Of a stretch of 64,000 nt of DNA, positions 47,389 through 56,089 are shown piece by piece (the first letter of the stretch is position 1; each line of letters begins with the position of its first letter). A model generated the notes under the pieces. It searched no databases, was not told the origin of the DNA, and worked only from the letters and a program-made list of their open reading frames with translations. The stretch covers positions 1 through 64,000 of the IMG/VR virus record IMGVR_UViG_3300032280_000753; one strand, written 5' to 3'. The DNA comes from a virus. Lineage: Duplodnaviria; Caudoviricetes. A program made the translations under genes and the position numbers.

Positions 47389-48468
47389 TCAAACAGTTCT
47401 TGCAGCCGGATTTGATTGAGCTTTCTTATATCTATCAACAAATACGTTATATAACTCAAATAATCTTTTCATTGTATTTTCAACTTCGGCAGTATCATAA
47501 CGATGTTTAAAGTCATCTGGATTTATATTTGTTAATCCAAGAGATTTTGAATATTCAGTTCTTATCTTTTTTGCCATCTTTGCTGGATTGGATATAATCT
47601 TTCCTTTGGTTACATATTTCGAAATTTCAGCAATCATAGTAACGCCCAGCTCTTCTTCATCTTCAAATGATTGATTGTATTTTATAGGCGGCAATGGAGC
47701 ACGAAAAGGAACATCTGCTTGACTGTAATCAACGAAATTAAAAGGTTTTTTAAATTTTTCATAACCAACATAATATCTTTTACTAAGTCTGCCTGGTGAA
47801 AAATCGTCACCTAAAACCGCCCAATACGTATCCTTACCTAAATTCTTAATATCAAAATCAAATTTACTACTAACATTTTTTTCTTTTTTGTCAGCAAATA
47901 TATCCATAAACCATTTTATATAATCGGATTGGTCCATATTAAAAGGTTTTGTAAAAACTTCTTGCGGCGGATTAAATTTAAATGCTCTTAAAAAAGCATC
48001 ATTATAAAGCTTTATAGCATCTTTATCAAGCCGTGTTCTATTAAATTCTGTAGGAGTTGTAGTATATTGACCACTTTTCTCTATAGACTGTTTTCTTTTG
48101 CCAAATTTTTTAGCTAAATGTCCGGTAAAAGCATGAATAAGATCATGAGTTTCGTCATTGCCAATCATTTCAGGTTTTTTTAAATTCGGATTAAGATAAA
48201 GCTTGAAACTATTACGATCAGATTGAAAACTTACCCCAGCTTTTCTTTCTGTATCTGTTGCCATTGGAGCAGATTGTAGTTTTTGACCAGCATCTATTAT
48301 GTCGATTGGAATAGCTCCAGGTAACGCACCGCCCTCATATATCAATCTATTCATCGCTTGGGCTAAAGAATAAACCCCGATCATTGCAGGAGATAATTTT
48401 TGGATATCAATATCTTCTTCCAATTGCTCTTTGATTATAAGACGTATATATTCTTTTAATAGGTTCAC
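47389..48468 (-). CDS. hypothetical protein with LLKEYIRLIIKE leader and HExxH-like motif
   Basis: GTG start with SD AAAGGTG; THDLIHAFTGH; inserted between neck genes. Confidence 0.65.
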   Translation of the reverse strand: MNLLKEYIRLIIKEQLEEDIDIQKLSPAMIGVYSLAQAMNRLIYEGGALPGAIPIDIIDAGQKLQSAPMATDTERKAGVSFQSDRNSFKLYLNPNLKKPEMIGNDETHDLIHAFTGHLAKKFGKRKQSIEKSGQYTTTPTEFNRTRLDKDAIKLYNDAFLRAFKFNPPQEVFTKPFNMDQSDYIKWFMDIFADKKEKNVSSKFDFDIKNLGKDTYWAVLGDDFSPGRLSKRYYVGYEKFKKPFNFVDYSQADVPFRAPLPPIKYNQSFEDEEELGVTMIAEISKYVTKGKIISNPAKMAKKIRTEYSKSLGLTNINPDDFKHRYDTAEVENTMKRLFELYNVFVDRYKKAQSNPAARTV

Positions 48469-48551
48469 AGCTTCACCTTTCTAATTGGTAGCGTTCCACT
48501 TATCATTATATATAGTATATATAGATGGATCAGAGGGGGCGTTTTGACTAC

Positions 48552-49823
48552 TCATCCCGTAAATAATGTATATTTTGGGGGGAAAGGCATATGTTGCAAT
48601 AGTTTCATATTATTTTCTGCTCTATTTGCTTCAAGCTCTGCAAGTTTATCGTAGGTCAAGGCATCAAGTTTAGTTATAATGCCCGTATCACCAACCAATA
48701 AGTCTTTTTTATCTTCTCTTCCTTGAGCAAGTAGTTCATCACCGTTAAGAGTTAATTCTGCTCCTGGGATTGGGATTGTCTTCATCTTGGTTCTAACAAG
48801 TCCAAGAAGTTCTTTGGCAACCGCCAAAGTATAAAGAATAATCCAATTTCTACTCCATGGGTTGAGAGAAGAATACGTTATAAAGCCCGCAGGAATGTTT
48901 CCTGGGTTACTGACACCGAATAACACGGAGGACGGTGTAGCAGGATCCTGGAGGCTTCCAGACGCCTCTAATGAGCCGCTGAAGTATGTGCCAGCAATCC
49001 CTGGAACAGCCGAGGGTGGAAAGCCAACTCTTAACCACAATTTATCATTAAAGAATGGAATAAGATTATTTGGAGTTGGGAATATTCGGATACCAGTTCC
49101 AGATATTTTATAAGTATAATGAGAACGTCTTACACGAGAAGCCATATCTAACATTCCAGCTCTCAATACGTCTTCAAACAAGGGAAGAACGTAGAATCGT
49201 GTATCTGGAACGTAGCTTTCTACTGGAAGACCTGAAGCAACGAAATTAGATGCAAGATTGCTATTAAATACATATTGAATTGGAGCATAATGATATACTT
49301 CAAATATTTTCATTCTACCACGAACATCAAGGGAGCCGGTGCCCATATAAGCAGCAAGACGATTGCCTGCTTCATCTTTTAATTCTTCATATATATCATA
49401 ATCTTGACGACCTAATTCCAATTTAATAGAACCAGAATAACTTTGAAGAGATTGACCGTATCCAACTTCTGAAGCATATGGCTCTGCTTGTCTTATGATG
49501 AATTCAAAGTTTGGTTGAACGTAGTTATTAATTAAATTGAGGTTATATTTGCCAGTAGCAGGGTCAATACTTCCGGTAGGGGTTCCAAGAAGAGAAGATA
49601 AATTTGATTTGGCTTGATATTCAATCATGACTGCGTTAAAGTAAAGGGTAGCCTCTTCAAAACAAGCCCAAATCATTTTCTTTGTCAATTCAACGCTTAA
49701 TACGTCTTCTCCAAGCTTTCTTAAAACGAATGTAACGACTTTATCTGCATCATTTTGAAATGCCGTATCACTATCAAAAAATCCAAATGGACACGGGTTC
49801 ATTGTTGTATTAAATGTTGACAT
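48552..49823 (-). CDS. neck protein (gp13-like head-tail adaptor)
   Basis: RKLGEDVLSVELT...WIILYTLAVAKELLG..R.K...IPGAELTLNGDEL; ATG 49823 (ORF track start 49856). Confidence 0.8.
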   Translation of the reverse strand: MSTFNTTMNPCPFGFFDSDTAFQNDADKVVTFVLRKLGEDVLSVELTKKMIWACFEEATLYFNAVMIEYQAKSNLSSLLGTPTGSIDPATGKYNLNLINNYVQPNFEFIIRQAEPYASEVGYGQSLQSYSGSIKLELGRQDYDIYEELKDEAGNRLAAYMGTGSLDVRGRMKIFEVYHYAPIQYVFNSNLASNFVASGLPVESYVPDTRFYVLPLFEDVLRAGMLDMASRVRRSHYTYKISGTGIRIFPTPNNLIPFFNDKLWLRVGFPPSAVPGIAGTYFSGSLEASGSLQDPATPSSVLFGVSNPGNIPAGFITYSSLNPWSRNWIILYTLAVAKELLGLVRTKMKTIPIPGAELTLNGDELLAQGREDKKDLLVGDTGIITKLDALTYDKLAELEANRAENNMKLLQHMPFPPKYTLFTG

Positions 49824-49826
49824 ATT

Positions 49827-49838
49827 ACTAATTAGTAT
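49827..49838. promoter_or_regulatory. palindromic TACTAATTAGTA between divergent genes (putative shared late promoter)
   Basis: TAATTA fits TANTTA on both strands; 5 nt from the gp13 ATG and about 10 nt from the HAD ATG. Confidence 0.5.
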
Positions 49839-49844
49839 GAGATT

Positions 49845-50396
49845 ATGAGCAATCAACTATTAAAAACTTATATACATGAAATCATCAAAGAAACGTTGCA
49901 AGCTGGAAAGAAATTACGTATATTCGATCTTGATGATACTCTTGTAAAAACAAATAGCAAAGTTCATATTAAAAAAGCTTCGGGTGAGCTGTTAGATTTA
50001 AATCCAGCAGAATATGCGGTATATGAAAAAGAACCCGGCGATGAATTTGATTATTCCGACTTTCAAGGATTAAAAGATCCTAAAGCTATACGTTGGACAA
50101 CAAAAATATTAAAGCTTGTTATTGCAAAACATGGAACTGACAGCGCAGTTATTCTTACCGCACGTGGAAGTGAAGAACCAGCTCGGGAATTCTTTCGTTT
50201 AAACGATATCCCAGAAATTCCTGTTGTTGCCCTCGGCAATAGCGATCCGGAAATGAAAGCTCAATGGATTAAGATGGTAGCTATGAAGTTTGGATATAAA
50301 GAGATTGAGTTCTTTGATGATAGCACAAAAAACATAGCCGCAGTTCAAAGATTAAAAGTTCCTGGCGTTAAAATAATTGCAAGAAAAGTCGGTTAA
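49845..50396 (+). CDS. HAD-superfamily phosphatase with N-terminal leader
   Basis: FDLDDTL, ILTARG, K, FFDDS; N-terminus LLKTYIHEIIKE. Confidence 0.82.
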   Translation: MSNQLLKTYIHEIIKETLQAGKKLRIFDLDDTLVKTNSKVHIKKASGELLDLNPAEYAVYEKEPGDEFDYSDFQGLKDPKAIRWTTKILKLVIAKHGTDSAVILTARGSEEPAREFFRLNDIPEIPVVALGNSDPEMKAQWIKMVAMKFGYKEIEFFDDSTKNIAAVQRLKVPGVKIIARKVG

Positions 50397-50782
50397 AATT
50401 CAATTTTAGATCCGGATGCAATTCCATTACTCTCACACCAACCCGCCTTTAATTCTAAAACATAACGACACGGAAGCTTGATCTTACAAGTTCTCTCGTC
50501 ATTAGCTAACAGTCTATGAATTCCCAATACACGACCTCCATCACTTAAAGGCACAAGATCCAAATCAAAAGGAACGTTCCGCATCCAAAAACCTAATTCT
50601 TTTGGCTCGGGATAAACGAAAAAAAGCCCAAAGCCATCATCCGGCTCGGGCTCAAACATAAATCCTTTTTCCTGCTCTTCTGGAGTTGTTAACATACGTA
50701 GTCTTAAAGGAATTCCTCCTAACGTGGCTTCACAGTTGGATCGTTGTTTCCATATGGAAAATATATCTCGCATTGTTTGCAT
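50393..50782 (-). CDS. DUF192 family protein
   Basis: EQEKGFMF...GLFFVY...FWMRNVPFDLD...YVLELKAG. Confidence 0.8.
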   Translation of the reverse strand: MQTMRDIFSIWKQRSNCEATLGGIPLRLRMLTTPEEQEKGFMFEPEPDDGFGLFFVYPEPKELGFWMRNVPFDLDLVPLSDGGRVLGIHRLLANDERTCKIKLPCRYVLELKAGWCESNGIASGSKIEF

Positions 50783-50794
50783 ACGGGATAAATA

Positions 50795-51046
50795 TTAAAG
50801 CGGTTCCAAATACGTATACGATATATTAATCAGCTTTTCATTGATCAATACGTCGAAAGAATTCTTATCCCATTCTCCTACGATAATCCCAATGCTATTA
50901 ATAGGCATCCAATCCCAACGCAATTGCCTTGTTTCTTGCCCATATCCATCAATGATATATACACGCACGTCAGGCATATCATCAAGCACAGCATTAACGT
51001 TAATGTGCTTTAAACGAACAAGCTGTCCAACTTTAAATTTAGACAT
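50795..51046 (-). CDS. small hypothetical protein (KOW/SH3-like)
   Basis: MSKFKVGQLVRLK; SD GAGGA. Confidence 0.6.
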   Translation of the reverse strand: MSKFKVGQLVRLKHINVNAVLDDMPDVRVYIIDGYGQETRQLRWDWMPINSIGIIVGEWDKNSFDVLINEKLINISYTYLEPL

Positions 51047-51221
51047 CTTCCTCGTTAACAAGTTCCCAATCCGTGTTAAAATGATCGACGTTTTTATCAT
51101 ATGAAGAAGCAATCATATAAGTTGCATAATCTACCAACTCCTCATATGACATTCGGTTAACGATAAGTTCTGCAAGCGCCGTGCGGTTCTTCTCCGTATA
51201 TAGCGGTCTAATATTACTCAT
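51039..51221 (-). CDS. small hypothetical protein
   Basis: MSNIRPLY...; ATGA overlap with the upstream gene. Confidence 0.55.
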   Translation of the reverse strand: MSNIRPLYTEKNRTALAELIVNRMSYEELVDYATYMIASSYDKNVDHFNTDWELVNEEDV

Positions 51222-51379
51222 AGATATACAACCAAAATAAGCAAAGCCATTAGAACAACAAAAGTGGCAAGAGGCCAAACAAACTCAAGCATAAACTCCG
51301 AAAGAATGTCTCCACCCTGGTCGGGACGAAGGTCACGCTGAATATCCCCAATACGACGATTACGACGATCACGAACCAT
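51218..51379 (-). CDS. small membrane protein
   Basis: MVRDRR... with a C-terminal TM helix; SD GGAGGG. Confidence 0.55.
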   Translation of the reverse strand: MVRDRRNRRIGDIQRDLRPDQGGDILSEFMLEFVWPLATFVVLMALLILVVYL

Positions 51380-51381
51380 GT

Positions 51382-51636
51382 TCAACCCTCCACCGAGGAA
51401 AGCGTGGCAGGGACAATTTTCAGTCTTCCATGGAAATCGAAGTTGCCGCAAGTAAGTGCAACGTAAATATCATCATAGCCCTGCGGAAGACCATTCTCGT
51501 CCAGAGGAAACTCACTCACAAAACGCTCGGCATCACGCTCAAGCTCAAAGACCTTAAGGATCTCGCTCGACACGTCACTCACGATCCCTCGCACAATATA
51601 AACGTGCTTCATCAACCGGCTCTTTTCATTCTTCAT
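51382..51636 (-). CDS. small hypothetical early protein
   Basis: HVYIVRG...ILKVF...DAERFV pattern typical of small phage early proteins. Confidence 0.6.
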   Translation of the reverse strand: MKNEKSRLMKHVYIVRGIVSDVSSEILKVFELERDAERFVSEFPLDENGLPQGYDDIYVALTCGNFDFHGRLKIVPATLSSVEG

Positions 51637-51642
51637 ATTATC

Positions 51643-51671
51643 AGCATAACATTGATTATAAGATATTTCAA
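51643..51671 (-). promoter_or_regulatory. sigma70-like early promoter, probably leaderless
   Basis: TTGAAA-17nt-TATGCT-6nt-ATG, with TG just upstream of -10. Confidence 0.6.
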
Positions 51672-51692
51672 GGGATTAATTATTGAATAATA

Positions 51693-52913
51693 TTAAGGAG
51701 TTATATCGCAAGGATCACGAATAATGTCCCTTAAGGCTTCTGCCATTGCAATTGGATCACTCGTTAACTCAAACTCTATTCCACATTCATTATATGTTCT
51801 TGCAACTACAGGATCTACAACATATGCAAATACTTCCCCATGAGTTAATGCAGAACACATATCAGTTTCCGTTATTCTTGGCTCTCTATAACTTTGCCCA
51901 GCTTCATCAGTAAACAATATAATAATCCTTACTGCATTCTCTCTCCATCCAATACGTAATTCATCATCCATCCCTAACATATATACCGCATCATATGAAG
52001 GTTCACTTCCTCCTCCAATACCAAGAAAGCTTGAATTCAATATTGGATTAAATATAGAAAAAGGAACAAGACGAGTAACTACACTAACTTGTCCGTCTAT
52101 GGAACCCGGCACCAATACAAGTCCAAATCGGAATGATGTATCTCCACTAAACGTGCTTGTAAAGGCGTCTGTAGCCCTTTTAACGGCTGCTATTCTTAAT
52201 GCCATACTACCAGACGTATCTATCGCATAAACAACGTCAAAGCCCTCTGAGGGAAATGGAACGCAACCCGTAGAACTTAACACGCCGTCAACACAACCAT
52301 CACAATCATTATCTATGTCGTCACAAGCGTATGTCCCACTCTCTATACGAGGAGGAATAGAACCTATGCATTCATCCCAATAGCCTTCATAACATACTTG
52401 AACACCACGCTCACATGGAGGATTTAATACTTCTGTCGCACCTAAATCTCTATCGTAACACCAACGAGATACTGGACCACGACTATCTCCATCAATCGTT
52501 CCATCACAATCATTATCAAGATTATCACAAACTTCTGGAACACATTCTATACGAGTGCAATGTCCTATAATGCATCCATATCCAGAACTCGGATATCCAC
52601 ATTGATCATCAAACTCACATACCGCACCAGTAACATCGGTTGGTCTACAAACTCCAAAACGACACTCTTCCGTGTTGTAATCACACGCAGGACTATTACC
52701 ACAATTACATTCGTTTAAATTACAACGATCAGTTATAGTAAATGGACAAACGTGGTCGCACCCGCCGCAATTGTTAATGTCGTTATCAATTCCACCATCC
52801 TCACTACATATCGTGCCAGCATCGGGAACATATGTTCCAGCATCCAATACGTCAGTTGTTCTATCGGTACAACCAACAAACAAAACCGCTAAAAATATTA
52901 AAACCTGTCTCAT
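51693..52913 (-). CDS. Cys-rich VWA-domain lipoprotein
   Basis: Lipobox FVGC, DAG repeats, DINNCGGCDHVC, EVCDNLDNDCDG and CDDIDNDCDG repeats, MIDAS DTSGS, IILFTDE. Confidence 0.85.
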   Translation of the reverse strand: MRQVLIFLAVLFVGCTDRTTDVLDAGTYVPDAGTICSEDGGIDNDINNCGGCDHVCPFTITDRCNLNECNCGNSPACDYNTEECRFGVCRPTDVTGAVCEFDDQCGYPSSGYGCIIGHCTRIECVPEVCDNLDNDCDGTIDGDSRGPVSRWCYDRDLGATEVLNPPCERGVQVCYEGYWDECIGSIPPRIESGTYACDDIDNDCDGCVDGVLSSTGCVPFPSEGFDVVYAIDTSGSMALRIAAVKRATDAFTSTFSGDTSFRFGLVLVPGSIDGQVSVVTRLVPFSIFNPILNSSFLGIGGGSEPSYDAVYMLGMDDELRIGWRENAVRIIILFTDEAGQSYREPRITETDMCSALTHGEVFAYVVDPVVARTYNECGIEFELTSDPIAMAEALRDIIRDPCDITP

Positions 52914-52936
52914 ATCGTTTATAATGAGACAGGTTT
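52901..52936 (-). promoter_or_regulatory. 13-bp hairpin overlapping the VWA start codon (terminator and/or translational lock)
   Basis: aaacctgtctcat-10nt-atgagacaggttt. Confidence 0.6.
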
Positions 52937-52957
52937 CTTTAAATTTATAAGGTATAT

Positions 52958-53620
52958 TCAGCTATTCTTTTCTTCTGCTCGCTTCTGTGCGTTTTCAATA
53001 TGACGCCGAATGTCGTTTACCGCCCACTTAGCGGTGCTAAGATACCGGCGACGACTGTGGTAATAAGGAAATGCACGATCAATGCCGCCCTTCGCCATAA
53101 GGCGAATAGCATTTTCAATATCTTCCTTAAGACGGACAAGTTCCGGTCCAATCTCAAGCATCTGTGACATAATAAGGGCAGTCTTTTGTGCCTTACGTTC
53201 GGCTGCTTGCTCCTTACGAAGCTTCCATGCCTCTGCCCGTTCTGCCTTAACTACCGCACGCTGTTCCGGCGGAAGGGAATTAAAATGCTCACGGCGACCT
53301 CGGTCAAGTCTCTTGCGGCGTGCAAGCCTCCATTCCTCACGGGCTGCAAGTAGCGCCTTATTAAAAGAGGAACCATTGTCGTAATAATTGCTGATTAGAT
53401 TATAACTGACGTTATATAGTGACCAGACGCTATCCTCCTCAAACCAAGTCTGTCCATCATCCACGGAAAGATGAACCTTGGTACGGATATACTGCGGGCC
53501 CGGTACCGTCCACTTTAAACGATAATTGCCATAGACAGTCTCGGTGTCAGGCTCGGATGCAAAAACACGCCAGCCAGTAATAGTATCAAAACGATGATGG
53601 GGAGGATTATACTTGCTCAT
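52958..53620 (-). CDS. hypothetical protein
   Basis: 220 aa, basic coiled C-terminal half; TTTATA-17-CATGAT promoter at 53629..53657. Confidence 0.7.
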   Translation of the reverse strand: MSKYNPPHHRFDTITGWRVFASEPDTETVYGNYRLKWTVPGPQYIRTKVHLSVDDGQTWFEEDSVWSLYNVSYNLISNYYDNGSSFNKALLAAREEWRLARRKRLDRGRREHFNSLPPEQRAVVKAERAEAWKLRKEQAAERKAQKTALIMSQMLEIGPELVRLKEDIENAIRLMAKGGIDRAFPYYHSRRRYLSTAKWAVNDIRRHIENAQKRAEEKNS

Positions 53621-53675
53621 ATGCTTTTATCATGTCACATAAAACAATGAATATAAACTATTAATTTCTCTTATA

Positions 53676-54023
53676 TCATATAGGCTTTAGGAACTCTGCT
53701 TTAATAAGCATCAAACGTTCATCAAGCAAGCAAGGAATGTAGTTTCCATCTGGAACATACTTTCCTTTTATCGTTGCACTAAACCGTTCTAACTCTTTTC
53801 CTTTTATACTTTCTTCAAGTTGCAGAACAACCGAATTAGGCTCGATAAAAGAATATTCTTCTAAATCAGGCTCAATATCTCTTGTGTTAATATCGGATAT
53901 TTCATCGTAACATATGCTCGCCCATTGTCCTTTTTCCGTTTTCTTGACGAGAAAACCATATGGAGCAGCGACATCAAATGGATGAAATCTACCGGTGCGT
54001 CTTATTTTGAATAATTTGCCCAT
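53676..54023 (-). CDS. hypothetical protein
   Basis: 115 aa, TATTTA-7nt-ATG upstream. Confidence 0.65.
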   Translation of the reverse strand: MGKLFKIRRTGRFHPFDVAAPYGFLVKKTEKGQWASICYDEISDINTRDIEPDLEEYSFIEPNSVVLQLEESIKGKELERFSATIKGKYVPDGNYIPCLLDERLMLIKAEFLKPI

Positions 54024-54082
54024 TGTTTCTTAAATAACAAGGTTCTACAATTAATACTATCAGAATTCAATATTGTTGTATC

Positions 54083-54115
54083 AAAAGAAAAAGGACCGGC
54101 ATTTCTGCCAGTCCC
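54083..54115 (-). terminator. terminator after major capsid gene
   Basis: GGACUGGCA-GAAA-UGCCGGUCC followed by UUUUUCUUUU. Confidence 0.82.
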
Positions 54116-54139
54116 TCTTCAGATTATCCTACGTTATTT

Positions 54140-56050
54140 TCAGATAAGATTTAGATCGAGAACTGTAACGGTTCCGTAGAAGTCGTTACGAACCATTCTC
54201 TTGCCGTATCTCGTCATTACGCCCTTACGTGGGGTGAAGTCGTCTTGAGCGTAAATGACTGGCGTGAGGATTAGTGGAACGTATGGTGCGTATATATAAC
54301 CGCTCTCAAGGAACGTATTACCCTTAAGACCAACAAGGATCTTGTTAGCTGGGAAGTATGGATCCTTATAGACTGTGTAACGGTTATTAAGCGTACCAAC
54401 GGCTTCTGCGCCTACGGTCATGCTGTCACGTACTTGACCATCGGAGTCAAGACGGTAAGCTGGCTTGTAGGATACAAGATGCTCAAGGATCGTGCAAACG
54501 TCTGGTGACGTGACAAGGAAGTTTGCAGAACCACGAAGCGTCTTCTTGTAGATCGTGTTAGCAACGTCAGATACTGTCTCGATAAGGGTTTGATACCATT
54601 CTTGAATATTGACGAATGCCATTGGACCTGGGGATAGATTGGAGCTTTGAAGAGCCTCTGCACCCGTGAGCTTATTGACGATCTTGCCTGGAGCTCTGGA
54701 CCAGTAAAGGTTTGCTGCGCCAGCTTGTGTAAGAAGGTCGTTAAGGATTTCACGGTCGATCTCAAGCGTGATCATTTCGGAGAGGATGTTCGTAAGTTCT
54801 ACTTCGATATCGATTGAGTAGAAAGCCGTAAGGTCTTGTGCCATTTCTGGTGACCAACGTGCTCTGAGCTTACGGGTCGTTGCAGTTACTGAGGTTGATT
54901 CGATGCGGATATCAACTTCTGGGATTACTGGAGAAGCTGGGTTAACTCCGAAATCAGACTCGAAGGATGGGATCGTAAGAGTTGCGCCAGTTCCAGCGGA
55001 CGTGTCAAGTTTGTCAGCAAGAGCTGCGGATCCGGAAATTACGTCCGCTGCTGCTGGACCGAGCGTTGGGACGACGCCGCCGTTGCCAAGACGTAGTACG
55101 AATAGTACGTGGGAGCCGTTTAGTGGATCTGGCGTGAATACTTTGTCATTCCAGTTACCACGACGATTAAGCTTACGAAGATTAAGTACGCCGGAACCAC
55201 CTTGATATTGCTCGCCCCAGGCAACTTGGGTACCTGGATTGCCGAAGCCGGTGAGCGTAATTTGTTCAAGTGAATCTAGATCAGCACCCGTGATATTGGA
55301 CGTAATTACTGACGTGCTCATAAATAGGAAGCAGTAATCAAGTACGCCGTCAGTAAGGTCATTTTCAACCTTGCCATCGTAGTTGACATAACGAGCGTTG
55401 AAACCAACGAACTCTGCTGCTGTTGCTACGGTATCTGCTGGCGTCCACGTTGTTCCTGCTGCGCCCCATGCACCGATTGCAAAGTTTGAAGAAGATAGAG
55501 CGACAGAGCTCTTGTGGACTTTGGAGTAACCAGCGCCGACGAGATCATACATACCGCCAGTTGCAAGGGATCCGGAACGGACACCTGCGCCACGTGGGTT
55601 ATTGTATACTGAGGTACCATCAGCGTAAGTTGATGGGGTTCCGCCGCCTAGGTTTACGCCTGCGTTGCCACCGACGTTGTTACCATAGGTGTAATCGAGG
55701 TAGAAGAGTAGACCGGCTGGAAGGCTCATTGGCTGAACGGATACGATCTCGTTAGCGATAAGACCAGCGAATACTCTACGAACGATTGGGAATGCAACGT
55801 TGGTGAAACCAACTACTTGACCAGAGGAAGCAAGACCTGCGCCGCCGGTAGAAAGTGAGTTTGCGGTTTCCTTAAGAAGCTCTGCTGCTTGGTTTTCAAG
55901 AAGACGAGCCATATTGTCTTTATTGACGCCCTTAAGTCCTTCAAGAAGACCCGTGGCTTGCCACTTCTTTTGAAGTCTTGGAGCATCGGCTCCAAGTGAA
56001 CGGCGATGAACGCCTTCTGCTAATTGTGATAATGTGAACGAAGATTTCAT
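54140..56050 (-). CDS. major capsid protein (T4 gp23-like)
   Basis: LLENQ, FPIVRRVF, VSVQPM, TRKLRARWSPEMAQDL, EIDREI, GYIYAPYVPL, FTPRKGVMTRY. Confidence 0.95.
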   Translation of the reverse strand: MKSSFTLSQLAEGVHRRSLGADAPRLQKKWQATGLLEGLKGVNKDNMARLLENQAAELLKETANSLSTGGAGLASSGQVVGFTNVAFPIVRRVFAGLIANEIVSVQPMSLPAGLLFYLDYTYGNNVGGNAGVNLGGGTPSTYADGTSVYNNPRGAGVRSGSLATGGMYDLVGAGYSKVHKSSVALSSSNFAIGAWGAAGTTWTPADTVATAAEFVGFNARYVNYDGKVENDLTDGVLDYCFLFMSTSVITSNITGADLDSLEQITLTGFGNPGTQVAWGEQYQGGSGVLNLRKLNRRGNWNDKVFTPDPLNGSHVLFVLRLGNGGVVPTLGPAAADVISGSAALADKLDTSAGTGATLTIPSFESDFGVNPASPVIPEVDIRIESTSVTATTRKLRARWSPEMAQDLTAFYSIDIEVELTNILSEMITLEIDREILNDLLTQAGAANLYWSRAPGKIVNKLTGAEALQSSNLSPGPMAFVNIQEWYQTLIETVSDVANTIYKKTLRGSANFLVTSPDVCTILEHLVSYKPAYRLDSDGQVRDSMTVGAEAVGTLNNRYTVYKDPYFPANKILVGLKGNTFLESGYIYAPYVPLILTPVIYAQDDFTPRKGVMTRYGKRMVRNDFYGTVTVLDLNLI

Positions 56051-56089
56051 TTTAATATACTCCTGTATTTTTTTGTTATTCGGCTTTTA

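Noticed and set aside
48507-48523. TATATATAGTATATATA palindrome as a replication origin
   Set aside because: Short low-complexity AT run with no iterons or other support
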